DNA of 64,000 nucleotides, taken from the NCBI RefSeq assembly GCF_009914755.1, contig NC_060927.1; one strand, written 5' to 3'. Position 1 is the first letter of the stretch. Each line of letters starts with the position of its first letter. This DNA is from the human T2T-CHM13v2.0 reference genome, Homo sapiens. Made by a program: the position numbers and the translations under genes. The notes under the pieces are model-generated. The model searched no databases. It was given only the letters and a program-made list of their open reading frames with translations, and had not been told where the DNA came from. Of this stretch, positions 47,189-62,272 are shown piece after piece.

Positions 47189-47685
47189 TAGTATTAGCCT
47201 GAATAATCTTGAATCAGGTACTCCTTAGACTACACATGGTCCATAGTTTAGATTTATTACATATAGTTTTATAGATACTGAAGTGGAGACGTAAGGAGAG
47301 ATTAGGTGATTTGCCACCAGAATGCCTTGGTTGACGGACAACTCAAAATGAAGAATTCTTGATACCCTCTCCTTTGTTGGGTCTCTGTTATGATCTAGAA
47401 ATCAGGACAATACATCTGCCCCTTTTGAGAAACTATTTTTCCCTTCCCTTATTATCTCATTCAAATGTACTCTTACTCTTTAATATTAGCCATTTTATAT
47501 TCAGAGCTCTCTTCCTCTTTGGTTTTCTTCATCGTCAAATTGTTGTGTTACTCATTTATGTTTCTCTTTTCATTTGCCTTCTGAAATTTAAAGATTTTTC
47601 AGCTGGGTATTTCAGGCTTCAATCTCTGGCATTGTAAATATCACTTGCATGGTGACCCCAGTGAGGTTAAGAAAAGGTTTACTAA

Positions 47686-47716
<31 letters not shown>

Positions 47717-47727
47717 TGTGTGTGTGT
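47686..47727. repeat. (TG)n microsatellite, one interruption
   Basis: Seen directly. Confidence 0.95.
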
Positions 47728-49121
47728 TGGGGCGGGTAGTAACATAAAATACTTTGGTATTCACCTGTCAGTGTGCACTTAACAGAATGCAGAAAAAAAA
47801 AACTGAGCTGGGAACACTGTAAGAGCAAAGAATTGTTTGTTTGTTAATAAAAGGTTATGAGTCATAGGCAAAAGGGAAGCAGTAGTTCAAGAGAATAAGA
47901 GAAATAATTAGGTTCAGAGAGGCAGAAACTCTGGTCCAGATGGTGGGGGATGCAGGGGAGGGTAAACTGCACCTCAGGGAGCGATAAGAAAAGGAGGAAG
48001 GAGGATGTGAAATAGGCAGGTGTCCAACAATTGTATGCCAGGATGGTAGGAATGTGAGAGGAAATACCTCCAAAAAGCTCCAAAACCTAACCACTCCCAG
48101 GTAAGTGGAGAAAATCCTTAATAAAAATAGTTTTGGTGTTGGAGTGTCTGGAGGGCTGGTCCTATTTGCCCTTCATAATGAGCATAATCATGTCATAGCT
48201 TGGAGGTTCCAGGGAGCCTTGTTGGCACTGGAAACAATGAGAAAACCAGAAAAGCAAGTCTTTTGGCTCCTAGCTACCTTGAAAGAACTCATGCGATATA
48301 CAAAGGGTGATCCATTCCCTTCCATAACCCCTTCACCCAAGCACATAAACAGGGACAAAATGGGAAGGAGGAATTGTCCTGCTGATTACGGTGAACTGAA
48401 CCGGCCTGTTGTGTAGAAAGAACCTTATCTCCACTTGTTCCAATTCAAATACCAGTTGACAGAATGTTCCCCAATGACTGATACTTGTCATGCTGAGTAT
48501 TAGGGAGTCATTTTTTTCATGTCAGAACTTCTAAGAATCTCAAAATGACCAACTCAAATATGCCATTCTGTGGTTTCTTGCCTCACCCCTTTCCCTTTTA
48601 CAAATGTGGAGCCATATGTTTCAGAACATACAGCTGTCCTTGCTCAGAATAGCCCAAAATAGCTAGATTCCCCTGCACCTCTCTGGGTGTTAAATGTATT
48701 TACATTTCAAAATGCATGTGGGGAAGTGGTTGATTTTACATAGTTTTTTTTCTTGGCTGTCAGCAACTTCTCTCTTCTGTGTAAACTTAACTTAGTTCAA
48801 CTAACCTAAACTTGAAGTTTAGTTCCACTCATTACAACTACATTCCAGGTGCTCAGTCTTCCTTTCATGATCTTATCATTTCCATGATAACTGAAACAAA
48901 AAAGAAATTTTCCATGAAGAATATGATAAACTCTCCTAGAAGTCAAATGTAGGGCTGGCTAAGGTTATTTTAGTCCACAGGAGTAGTTTAAACAATGTTT
49001 GAAGTAAACAGAGACAAGAATATCACACTCCCGTACCAGAGACTCGCTTTAAATTTGACTTAACCTAAGACAAAAGATTGTAAAGCAACAGTGAGAATGA
49101 AGGTGGCTATGTTTTCTGATT

Positions 49122-49401
49122 TTTTTTTTTTTTTTGAGATGGAGTCTTGCTCTGCTTCAAGACTCAGTTCACAATAATCACAGCCTCCTGTGTTCAAGTG
49201 ATTCTCCTGCCTCAGCCTCCTGAGTGACTGGGATTATAGTCATGCTCTACCACGCCTGGCTGATTTTTTTTGTTTTTTTTCAGTAGAGATGGGGTTACAC
49301 CATGTTGGCCAGGCTGGTTTCGAACTTCTGGCCTCAAGTGGTCCACCCACGTCAGCCTCCCAAAGTGCTGGGATTAAAGGCATGAGACACTATGCCCAGG
49401 C
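49122..49401 (-). mobile_element. AluS with a replaced internal segment
   Basis: TSD TTTTCTGATT; non-Alu 28-mer at 49155-49182. Confidence 0.92.
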
Positions 49402-49598
49402 TCTTTTCTGATTCTTAATTGGCTCGATGAACCAAGATATTTTGAATGAATACCTCTCCTTCTCCCAAATGGTTTTCTAGTGAAGTGCAGGCTCCACGGA
49501 CTAAACCGATTAAGTGGAAAATAAATGATTGTCTAAGGTTCATTGAAAAAGGAGTGCTGCAAATTCTCAATTCTGGGAGATTACCCGTGATAAGGTCA

Positions 49599-50041
<443 letters not shown>

Positions 50042-50532
50042 TTAGCTTAGCTTGCTGAAGGATGGGGACCTAATAAAAGTGAAGAATATGTAAATAAAGT
50101 GCTATTTTAATGAAAGTCAAGGAAATATGCTTCCTGTGTCTACTATATATATGTACTGGCTCCTATGTCATTTCCCCTCCATACTTCTGGGCACAGTGAA
50201 TGTCTCCTTTGAGCAATGGTCTCTTCTCTCTTCTTGTCTGGGTGTTACCTGCCTTTTAACGCCAGCTCAAATCTCACCTCCTATAAAACCTCCTCCTAAC
50301 TTGTCCCCGGATAGGGTTGTCTTCCTTCTCTAAACACAGCTCTTGTTATCTGTAGTTCCCTAGCACTTGGCTTATATGTCATCATGTTATTTAATTGATT
50401 ATCTATATATCTAGCTATTTGCCTGAATCCCAACTTTATGTGACCACTATCCAGGTTAAGACATGGAACACTTTCATTCTCTGTAAAGGCATCAGCTCTA
50501 TTCTCATGTTTAAAAATTGCAGGTTGCAATAG

Positions 50533-50883
50533 TGCTATGATCTGAATGTTCATGTTTTTCCAAAATTCATATGTTGAAACTTAATCCCCAGTGTTGGGAG
50601 ATGGAACATCTGGGAAATGGTTAGATCATGAGGATGGAGCCCTCTTGAATGGGATTAGTGCCCTTACAAAAGAGGACTGAGGGAGCTCGTTTGCCCCTTC
50701 TACCATGTGAGGACACAGCAACCAGGCACCATCTATGAGGAATGAGCCCCCACCAGACCTGAATCTGCTGGCACCTTGATCTTGGACTTCCCAGCCTCTA
50801 GAACTGTAAGGAATAAATTTCTGTTGTTTATAATGTACCCAGTCTAAGGTATTTTGTTAGAGCAGCCCAAATGGACTGAGACA
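50533..50883 (+). mobile_element. MaLR LTR, MLT1A/MSTD-like
   Basis: TGCTATGATCTGAATGT..GGACTGAGACA; perfect TSD AATAG. Confidence 0.9.
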
Positions 50884-51372
50884 AATAGTAATTGCCCAAT
50901 TCCTTAAAGGAAATGGAAGGTGCCAGTTGTGAATTTAAAGTTCTGTTTGGAATTAGCAGGTTTGAAAAAAAAAAAAAAAAAAAAGTGAAAGGATGTCTCT
51001 TCCCCAAAGCTCTTCTCCAATAAATATACTGATTTACTGCTGCAGAGATACCTAACAACTTATAGTTTCAACACAGCTTTCATGCCACCAGTGTTAAGAT
51101 CACTCAGGTTCTTCCCAAGTCATTAAATACCTGTTAATGCAATTGATGAATTAGCTCTCTGTTGAATGCAATTAAAGGAAAAGATGACAATATTTCCTAT
51201 ATAATGTTTGGTAGGAAAATTTTATGACTTGGGTCTGTTAGTGTTGTTTAGCTAATAGTGCCTCAACGTTGTATTAGCAGTTAAGCATTGTTCCTGGCCT
51301 ACTGTTTACTGGGGTTTTGGTGGAGAAGAATTTAACTTCTCTGGAGTTCACAAAGTAAGAACCACAACATAG

Positions 51373-51691
<319 letters not shown>

Positions 51692-54565
51692 TAGTTTAAT
51701 GGAAAATATTTCTTGTACAATTTGTGTTCATCTTTAGAAGAAATTTTTCTCTTCTGAAGAAAGAAAATACAAATACAAATCTCTTGAGCATATCTTTAAT
51801 CAGTATTTACTAAAGAACATTAACTTAAGTGATGCCATTTTGTCCAAAATATAAGCTAAACTCTTGACAAACTTCAACATGTTTCGGAAGCAGAAATAAG
51901 GGCCTGTTGGAGGTTTCTATTTAGTTTCAAAGGAAAGCACAGCAAATCAGAATCCTGGAAGATTAGACCACCCAGGAGTTCTGCCAAGGTGAAGCTTTTA
52001 TGAATCCTGGATTGTCTTACGTTTTATTTCCATTCACTTGTTCTGAGGAAATCTAACTCATCAGGAGACTTGAAGATAATGAGTACCCCTGGAGTATCTT
52101 GTGCTGATTTTTGTGATGCCTCAGCTGAGGCAACTGGTTGAGAAAGGAGCCAGATAGCATCTTTACACTAAGCCCCATGGAGATAAAGCTACTCCTGTTT
52201 CCTGTGATGCCCGGATCACATCGAGATGCTTTGCTTGACCTGTTGCTACTCTCACACAGCTTTCATGAAATGCTTCCTATTTGCTATCCTGAATCATAGT
52301 TTGACTTTGTTCACATCATCCTAGCCCTTTTAAAAAAGATGACCTCATCAGCCAGGTGAGTTGGCGCCCTGCCTCTAGAAATCTTCCTATCATCTCTTTG
52401 TCTGCTTTAATCTTGGTCCCCGCTCCAACTTCTGTTCAGCTCTGTATTGAAGTTCTACTGTTTGGCCCTAGTGCTCTGCTAAACTGCCTGGTATCAGCTT
52501 CTCTGGCTCCGTGTTAGCCTTTGCTTTTCCCACAGCCCTCATGTTTGTCATTTTGTTCTATACACTTAGGAAAACTTGCTTGCCTTACTTTACCTGGTTC
52601 CTCACAAGGAAAAGAGCACAGGACAAGCCTGTTTCCTTTTGTAAAAAAATCACTGTGCAAATGGTCTCATTAGCATAATTTAGGAGAAAATTTTAAGTCT
52701 TACCAACAGAGATTGAGATTTCTGCTGTGGTAGCTGATAGGCTGAAGAAGAATTTCTAGATTCTTAGCTTTGAATGACATTTACTGAAAGAGGGAGAGGA
52801 GGTGGCAGGGGGAGAGAGAGAGAGAGACTGAGCAGCAAGTGGAAAATACTATATTCTTTCTCACTTAATGTGTTCCTGGGCTCCAAAGGCAAACACAATG
52901 AAATAATAATCTAAGAAAAAACCCAGGAAGCAGATGTCCTTGAAAAATACCATACGTGCGTTTAAACAGCTGCTTTAGATGATCTGTGCCATGGTTGCTC
53001 TGTATTACGGCAAATAAGCACTAGGGTCAACTCTATAGTTGATGCATGGTAGCTGATAATTACCAACCAAGATGAGCTCAGAAGACTTACAGAAAAACTC
53101 AGGCCGAATTCTCTCTTTGAAACGTAAACTAAAAACATTCCATTTATAGCCAGCTGCAGAAGAAATGTGTACTCATTACTAATAAAGTAATTCTGAAATC
53201 CTCAAAAGGAACACATCCTGAAGAAGAAATGATTGGAGTGGTCCCCAAATCTGCCACACTCTCAGTTGCATTTAACTTGTTTGGCTTAATAATTTTATGC
53301 AAGTGACAGACAGACTTATCTTCCGAGCCCCTCCCCTCTGTATACTGGAATTTGACAAACAGCATCTAGGGGAGAGGGGACTCTGAGGTTGGAAGGTAGA
53401 CACAAATATCCTTGGAATGGAGAAGAGAAATTGATCAGGCTGCTATTGCATGATAACATCCACCTCCTCTGTTCTATTTCTAAAATCACCAGGAAGTCTT
53501 CGGATCTGTAATTTGATTTTCTGTGTAGCTCTACCTACCAAAAGGGAATGTGCAGACAGTTGGCCTAACTCCTGGGCCAAGCCATGTCGCCAGTTCTAAA
53601 TGAGTAAATTGGCATTCTGGCTTAGTAAATCAGACTTTGGGTTTGCTTTGCATGAATCTAGCTCCAGAGACATATCACCTCTGGGCAAACTTAAAAATTG
53701 GGTAGTGGGGTCCAGGAAAGGGCTTTGGTGATACATGGACATATGTATATTTACATAGGAAGAAACTCATGACCTTTGCTTTAATTCTCAAATGGGAACT
53801 AACACTAAAAATCGATGATTTACTGACATAATGTGTGTAGTGAAGCTGAGGCCACACCTGGGCCCAGGGTAACCCTTTCCAGGTACTGACATAGGAAGGT
53901 TTCTGCCCAAAGCCATTAGTGACTCTCTTCTCATCTTTTAACTGAGGTAGATTGTACTCTTCTGGGAGCTAAAAGGACTTGACTGAGTCTTTTGAAGAAA
54001 GTAAATTATTCCATTGCCTTGCAGAAATGTTTTATAGAGCTGTCCCTACAACTCAGTGATTTCCACCAGTGTGTTGTGAGCAGTTATATCAAAGCCCTTC
54101 TTGCATGTGTTAAATTCAAACTGTTTATTTATTTAAAAAATTATTTTTTAAAAGAAACTTTACAACTTGAGAGAAGACATAGAAAGGAAATAGACAGAAT
54201 GGGAAAAGTGAAATCATCTAATCTAGGTGAGGAAAAGTATTCCATTTCATTTCCCATCTACTCTGTGTGGAATTGTTTTGTTCTATAGTTTTAAAAAATT
54301 AACAATAGCATAGACATTTTAATTTATGACTATATTTTCTTTATATCACAAGACAAAGAACCCTCTCTCTGTTTCTGGAAAACGATCATTCTGTACCAGA
54401 TACACGCAGATTGTTGTGCATTATTACAGTGCAATGGGGAAATATTCAAATATCAGTTCCAAGTGCTAATAATAACAAAAGAACAGTGAGATTTGGATAA
54501 GAAGGGAAAAAATAAACTTAAAATTCCTGCTTTATATTTATGAGACACCATCTTGCTAAAAGGTA

Positions 54566-55849
54566 TGTTGATGAAAAGAGTTGATGAAAAGAGTCAAACT
54601 CTGTAAAATCTTTGAAGAGGGTTATTCTAAGCCAAATGTGAGTGACCGTCACCTAAGGCACAGTCTTACGAGGTGCTGAGAACATATGTGCCCAAAATGG
54701 TTGGGCTTCAGCTTGATTTTACACATTTTAGGGGGATATAAGACATCAATGAATATAATGTGAGGGATGCATGGGTTCGGTCTGGAAAGGCGGGACAACT
54801 CAAAGTGGAAGTGAGGTGGGGGTGGCATAGAGGGTGGTGAGGGATGGCTTGGGGTGTGGTGGAGTGGAGTTTACAGGTCATAGGTGGATTCAAAGATTTT
54901 CTGATTGGCAATTGGTTGAAAGAGTTAGTTATTATTTAAAGACCTGGAATCAATAAAAAGAAGTGTCTGGGTTAAGATAAGGGGTTGTGGAGACCAAAGT
55001 TCTTATTAGTAGAAGATATCACAGAGGTTGCTGCCCTTAGAGACAATAGATGGCAAATGTTTCCTATTTAGACCTTTAAAAGGTATTTGACTCTCAGTTA
55101 ATCTCTTCAGGGTTGAGGGGGCTGGAAGGGGAAAGATCTAGTTATGTTAAGTTAACAGAGATTCTTTACAGATGCAAAAGTTTCCCCACAAAAAATGGCT
55201 TTGCGGGACCATTTCAAAATATGGCAAAGAAACATAATTTGGTGTAAAATATTTTGATATCCTTCTTTATCTGTTATGTGATATTATACTAGAGTCAGGT
55301 TGGAATTTGCTGTATTATTGCTACAAAGAATCTGTTCTTGGCTGCGTTTCAGGCCAAGATTCAGTGCTCACACCTGTAATCCCAACACTTTGGGAGGCTG
55401 AGGTGGGTGGATTGCTTGAGTCCAGGAGTTTGAGAGCAGCTTGGGCACCATGGCAAAACCTTGTCCCTACAAAAAATACAAAAAAATTAGCTGGGCATGA
55501 TGGTGTGCACCTGTAGTCCCGGATACTTGGGAGGCTGAGGTGGGAGGATCATCTGAGACTGGGAAGTTGAGGTTGCAGCGAGCCCTGATGATGCCATTGT
55601 ACACCAGCCTGGGTGACAGAGTGAGATCCTGTCTCCAAAACAAACAAACAAACAACAAAGAAACAAATGCCTGTTCTATTTTAATGTTAATGCTGGTCAG
55701 CTGTGTCTAAACTCTGAAAGGGAGAGAGCATAATGATTCCTTCCTGTCACAACCTGAACTAGTTCTTCAGATTTCTTTGGAATTTCCTTGGTGGAGAGGG
55801 AATCCCTGCATTCACTTGGAGGGGCTTACAGTTTTATTTTTGGCTTACA
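54566..55849 (-). mobile_element. ERV1 solo LTR, MER4 family, split by AluJ
   Basis: TGTTGATGAAAAGAG (13-bp duplication)..TTTTATTTTTGGCTTACA; TSD GGTA/GGTG. Confidence 0.85.
55352..55667 (+). mobile_element. AluJ
   Basis: TTGAGTCCAGGAGTTTGAG, GAGATCCTGTCTC; (CAAA)n tail. Confidence 0.9.
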
Positions 55850-57467
55850 GGTGGTCAAAAACATACTAAGTGCCTCACAAACTCCGGGCACACAAAGACA
55901 GCCAATAATTAATACTTCCAAAAAGATTTGAGGCTAACAAATTATACAATGGGTTGGTTAAGAAATCCAATAATTAACTCAGGCAATTCTAATGCAGGGA
56001 GCACATCTTGGCTAAGAGGAAGTGAGCCCAGCTAAGTGTTCTAGAACAGCAGAGGAGCGGAGACAGGCAGCCATATTTTAGGGTTAATGGCACAGCTTGG
56101 CCATATTTGTGCATGTGTGCAGTGATTTGTTTTTCAGACACAGACTCAATGACTTCCCAGGCTAAAAGACCAAGATATTTTGTGAAAAAAATATAAAACC
56201 AACCAGGCTTAAAAAAAAAAACCTCAGCTAGCAATCCACAATGTTTATCCTTTGCTGGAATCAATTCAAAGTCTGAGCAGTTATATGGATTTCTGAGTGG
56301 ATACATTTACAAGATAAATGAACAAAAAAGTCCACCTAAACTAAGTAAATCTGAAGATTTAGTGATTTTTACAATGTCTGTTGTGGGAATTTATGATGTC
56401 AGTGTCTACGGACATTTAACCCTATCAAGTCGAATTTAAGTTTCTTGGAACCATAGGAAGTGCCACTGGGAATGGTGAAAGCTGTGGAATTAGGTTATTT
56501 GGATTTTTGTTTTTTAAACTCTCCCTGAGGGGCCGAGGGTCATTTCCTCCATATTGTTTCTTCAGGTTTAAATTGCTGCTTCCCCTCTGAGGCAGTGTGA
56601 AAAAGTGAGCTATGGAATAATGAGTCTTTTCAAGTCAAATGCAAACAATTCCACCTTAAAATAGCAGACCTCACCTTAAGCCAGCTTGGCAGCCTGCCAG
56701 AGAAGGGCATGAAAGCTGCACTTTAATCAAAAAGATGTGTATTCTTTATGCAGGCTGTGGAATGAACAGCTGGGAAGAGGGTTTTTATTGATTCTTTTTA
56801 TTTCCCTCTCCTCTTCACCCCCCACCACGCTTTCTAACAAACACATTTAAAATTTACTGGCAGACTTTTTTCTTTTCTGAAACTATTGGAAGAAAAACTT
56901 TTTCCTTTCTAAGTGCCCCGTAATTTGGAAGCTTCCTAAAGGGGCTACAAGCTGCATCTCGATACTGCCTTTATCTTGACTGAAATCAAGCCCAGGCAAC
57001 ATTAGGTGCACAAGAATCCTCAGAGAAAAGGGAATAGTGAAATGCTCTGGCAGAAAGAAGCACTATTCCACTGAAGGCTGGATGGAGACACCCAGTTTTG
57101 GTCCAGGAATGACAAGTGCTCTGGCTTTAAGGGATGAAGGCAATAAGAATCACACACTGCTCTACCCCTTCGTGATGGAAGTACAGGCTGTAAAGCTATA
57201 AAGGATGATTTAATTGCACATAATTTTTGCTGCTGAACCGTGTAAGAAGGAATTTTAGGTATATACGAGACTAGGGCACATCAGTACACACCAGCGGTAA
57301 TCAGTAAGGCCAGCAATCATCCTTGAAAACAGAGCAACACAGGGCAGTGCAGACATCACATCATGAGTATTAAAAATAATCTCTGTATGCTTTGGGGACC
57401 AAAAAATACACGAGGAGCAGTTGATCACTTTGACAGATGTAACAGTCCTCTCTCTCTCCTCTCTCTC

Positions 57468-57760
57468 TTTTTTTTTTTTTTTGAGACAGAATCTCACTCT
57501 GTCACTCAAGCTGGAGTACAGTGGTGCAATGTTGGCTCACTGCAACCTCTGCCTCCTGAGTTCAAGCGATTCTCGTTGCCTCAGCCTCCTGAGTAGCTGG
57601 GATTACAGGTGCGTGCCACCACATTAGGCTAATTTTAGTATTTTTAGTAGAGACGGGATTTTGCCATGTTGGCCAGGCTGATCTCAAACTCCTGTCCTCA
57701 GGTGATCCATCCACCTTGGCCTCCCAAAGTGCTGGGATTACAGGCATGAGCCACCGTGCC
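57468..57760 (-). mobile_element. AluS
   Basis: Antisense dimer in a CT-rich target. Confidence 0.95.
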
Positions 57761-57785
57761 TCCCTCTCTTTATTCTGTGCTAAAA

Positions 57786-58216
57786 CAGAGATGCAAATTG
57801 GGGGTCTGGACAAAAAATCCAGCATGTTTGGCCTTCATAGTGTCTTCTAACAATCTTTAACATAGTGATAATGTGTAATTCATAGTATCTTCTAACAATT
57901 TTTAAAATTAGTGCTAATGCAAATTGGGGACTAGACCACAAACCCAACACGCAGACCTGTTTTGTTTGGCCAAAAAATTTTAAAGTTAGTGCTAATGTGT
58001 AATTTAGAAGTTACCATATAAACCCAGCTTTTCAGCTTCTCTTGAAAAATTGGAGATGTGGCACACTGGGTGTGCATCTCCAGATGAAAACAGCTGGAAA
58101 GATCTGAGTAGTAGATGCCCCATTAGATGAGGCAAGTGCTTGCTAGATTGATAACCTTGCCTTCCTATGCATGGAACCTGCCTGGCCTAGGTAAGCATTT
58201 GAGTTTACAGTCCCTA
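57786..58216. mobile_element. MER102-like hAT element with internal duplications
   Basis: GCAGACCTGTTTTGTTTGGCC; CAGCTTCTCTTGAAAAATTGGAGATGTGGCACACTGGG. Confidence 0.6.
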
Positions 58217-59198
58217 TAGCAAATGTGCAATAGTTCAATTAGCAAGTAGCTACTGAACATCCTTTATCCATGTGCAGATTCTATTATAGCACTTCCCAGT
58301 TGAAAGCTTTTCATAGCTCTCTGCTTGCCAACATTATGAGATGCAAACTCTTCAGGTTGGAATAAAATCTCCCAACCTTTGCGTCATTCACTAATGCTGA
58401 GTTCTCTTCCCACACGTCCATGGATACTCACACTTCATATCTTCCAACTGCACAAGTTGTGTTTGTCTTCATTTGTTCCCGGAATCCCCCCTTCTGAATA
58501 GATGCTGCTGACTGTCCTCGTTCCACCCTTCTTTCACATAGTTAGCTGTGGAAGTCTTACTCATCTGCAAGGACTAGGTCAAGCCTGATTCATTGAAGAC
58601 CACTCTTCTCAACTTCTTTGTGCAGAAGGGCCAATTTCCTTTTCTCTCTTCCTTCCTTTTCCCTTTTTTTTTTTTTTTTTTGAAAATTTCCAATCTGCTC
58701 ACAGACATACAAAGCACAAAGCACAAGTTGTAATTTTTTATTATGAGATTCAGCAGGTAGAATTTCTACTTTGTCAATTGCTGTAAGAGTTTCTAAATAA
58801 ATACTCTCAATTTCTGAACTTATTTCATATGGAGTAATAATGAGAGCTGGCTCTTGGATCATATTTTGAGTATCTTTTGTCAGATACTCTCAGGTGAATT
58901 AGTCTCCCTGTTACCTGCATTCACACAGAACTGTCTATACTTTTACCATGGCAAATTGTATTAGAGCTGTTTAGGTTGCTCTGCCTGTTCCATTTTAAAC
59001 TTTAGGAGGACAAGAGCTTTTTTGAGTCTGTCTCCCTCATCTTGGCCCCTCTGGGCCTATTTGCCAATGAAAGGGGTTTAGTCAATGTTGGATTTTCAGC
59101 ACTGTTCCCAGGAGGTGTCAGGAGCAGGAGGATTCAGAATCATTTTGCCATAGTGGTAGCCTTCAAGGAGTTTATAGTAATGTTAAATAGAAGATTAA

Positions 59199-59584
59199 TG
59201 TTAAAAGAGAAACTTTAGCAGATTAAACCTTTAAAGAGTTTATTTGGGCAGACAGCAATTCATGAATTGGACAGCTCTAGACTGGAAGTGGTTCAGGGCT
59301 TCAGCAGAGGTGGTTGATGGAAAAGCTTTTACAGGGTGAATGAGAAAGCAGAGCAAAGAAATTATTTGATTGGTTGAAGTTTGGAAAATTGCCCTATTTG
59401 GACTATCTTGGTGGGAAGTTCAAGACAATAATCAATGCCCAGTTGGCTATGTGATTGGTTGAGCTTAAGTTTCATTTCTTTTAAATTAGCCTCTTGCATG
59501 AAATGAGGCTGAGCTAGGTTTTAGTTTCCTTAGGTAGGAACCCAGGGTTCCTGTCTAATGGCTTCTCATTTTATTATTTCAATG
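59199..59584 (-). mobile_element. ERV1 solo LTR (MER57/MER67-group-like)
   Basis: TGTTAAAAGAGAAACTTTAG start; two TGATTGGTTGA boxes; 4-bp TSD TTAA. Confidence 0.65.
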
Positions 59585-60703
59585 TTAACTTGCATAAATA
59601 TATAGCAGATAGTACACAACAAATAATTGCTGAAGTTTGTGATACATCTTATGAAAATGTAGGTAGAAAATAAGGTGCCCAGTGAATGCTGGGCCAGACT
59701 TAGATTTCAGTCTATAACTTGAGAGAGACCTTCCCATTGAAGATGGCAGCCCTAAGTGGTTGTTTATATGGACAATGTACTCTGTGCTTTAGTTTGCTCC
59801 TCTTTCAATTGAGGGGTTCAATTAAGGGATCCCCTTAATTTCCATGGCCATATGATTCAGAAGTGTCAACAATGGAATAATCTACTATGTATATAGTTTG
59901 TAGAAAATAGTTAGAATGCACATATTTTTTCATCTTTTTTTTCCCAACCTGCCTAGGTGAAAATCTAACTTGGACATACTTCTTTATAGCAACATCTCTA
60001 TAGATACAAATGACAATTTAGATCCAATTTATCACTTACTCATGTTAACTAATGTTCACTCCAGTCAGCTATATTGAAAATATTAAAATAATTAAACAAA
60101 TTTCTGGGAGTTTGTGATAATGGGATTTGACTGGTTCTTCCTTTGGTATTTTCTGTGATGTTTCTCCTTCATTTTATTGCCAAAGTCAGAGGGATTGTTA
60201 TAGTATAGGCCTGAAGCCTGCTTTCAGGATCTGTGCAGAACCAACCAACCAAGAGAGCCTTTTATTTTGTCCCCCAGTTGACCTCCTTCCAGATATGCTG
60301 AGTCCATTTCCCTGAAATGACTGAGCGGGGAGAGGTAACTGCAGCTGTGTTTGGATACCTTCTTTCTCTCCCTTGGCTCCAGCCCAGGGAAACGCGCACA
60401 CTCTTTCACAATCACACAAACCACTTCATTATCATATTTTTGAGGATGTTGGCCAGGGGAAAGGGCAGACCAGTCAGTAGGCTGGAAAGTTAGAAATGTG
60501 TGTGTTTATTTTTCCCTCCCCTCTCCACTGTGCTATTGGAACTGGTATAGAAAGGGAATAGTCATTCACAGTTGCCCCTTTTCAGGAGGGTGAAGTTCAG
60601 AGGAAGAAATGTTTGCATAGACATTTGATAATCATAATAAAAAGACCATTAGAAGCTCATTGATTAAACAGTTACTGCAGATTTCAACTACAACTTAGAA
60701 CTG

Positions 60704-61030
60704 TTTTTTTTGTTTTTGTTTTTGTTTTTTTTTTTTTTTTAGACAAGGTCTCTCTCTGTTTCCTAAACTGAGTGCAGTGGCATGATCATGGCTCATTGCA
60801 GCCTCAACCTCCTGGCCTCTTGGGCTCAAGCAATCCTCCTACCTCAGCTTCCCGAGTAGCTGGAAGCACAAGCATGTGCTACCATGCCTGGCTAATTTTT
60901 TAATTTTTTGTAGAGATGGGAGTCTCCCTATGTTGCCCAGGCTGGTCTTGAACTCCTGGGCTCAAATGATCCTTCTGCCTCGGTCTCCCAAAATGTTGGG
61001 ATTTATAGGCATGAGCCACTGCACCTCACT
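60704..61030 (-). mobile_element. AluJ
   Basis: GATCATGGCTCATTGCAGCCTCAACC, CTATGTTGCCCAGG, CTCCTGGGCTCAA. Confidence 0.93.
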
Positions 61031-61639
61031 AGATACTTAGGTACTTTGGAAAGAGGAGCCCAGATGGGCAAATGTATTAAGGGTTTGTCATTTATGATTG
61101 GCACTAGAGCTGTATCACATAGTGTGGAAGAAAATTAAATTAATTCTCTCCCTGTAAATGTGCTTTGTAAAATTTTAATGTGCTATGTAAATAAGTTGGT
61201 AATGTTTTCAATGCATAAAGCTGTAGCTTAGATTCAATGAATGTTTATTTTTAACTTATGAAGTGAGATTGTAGCTCATTTTATGAAAGAGGCTAACAAA
61301 CCTTTGGATGTATAAATTCTGATATATCTATTGAACAAGGTATATGTTTTATTCAATGATCCGATATTGGTGACCTACTATGTGAAAATTACTTGAATAA
61401 TGATAGTGAATACTTTTATGATACTATGGTTTACATGCTGTTCTTACATGGCATTAATTTATTTTGCCTCTATGAATACTATCGGTTATCACCTCCTGCA
61501 GATGAGGAAACAAAGGTATGGTTGTCTTTGACTTGGTTTTAGCGATGGAATTATAGGTTTCAAAAAATAGCATGGGAGTGCAGAGGGAAATCTAGGAGGC
61601 AGGATCTGAGTTGTGAACATTAGGAAGTTGCTAGACAAA

Positions 61640-62272
<633 letters not shown>

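Noticed and set aside
59820-59840. 9-bp-stem palindrome AATTAAGGG-ATC-CCCTTAATT; also a 10-bp tandem duplication near 10371-10390
   Set aside because: Short, isolated and compatible with chance or neutral slippage.
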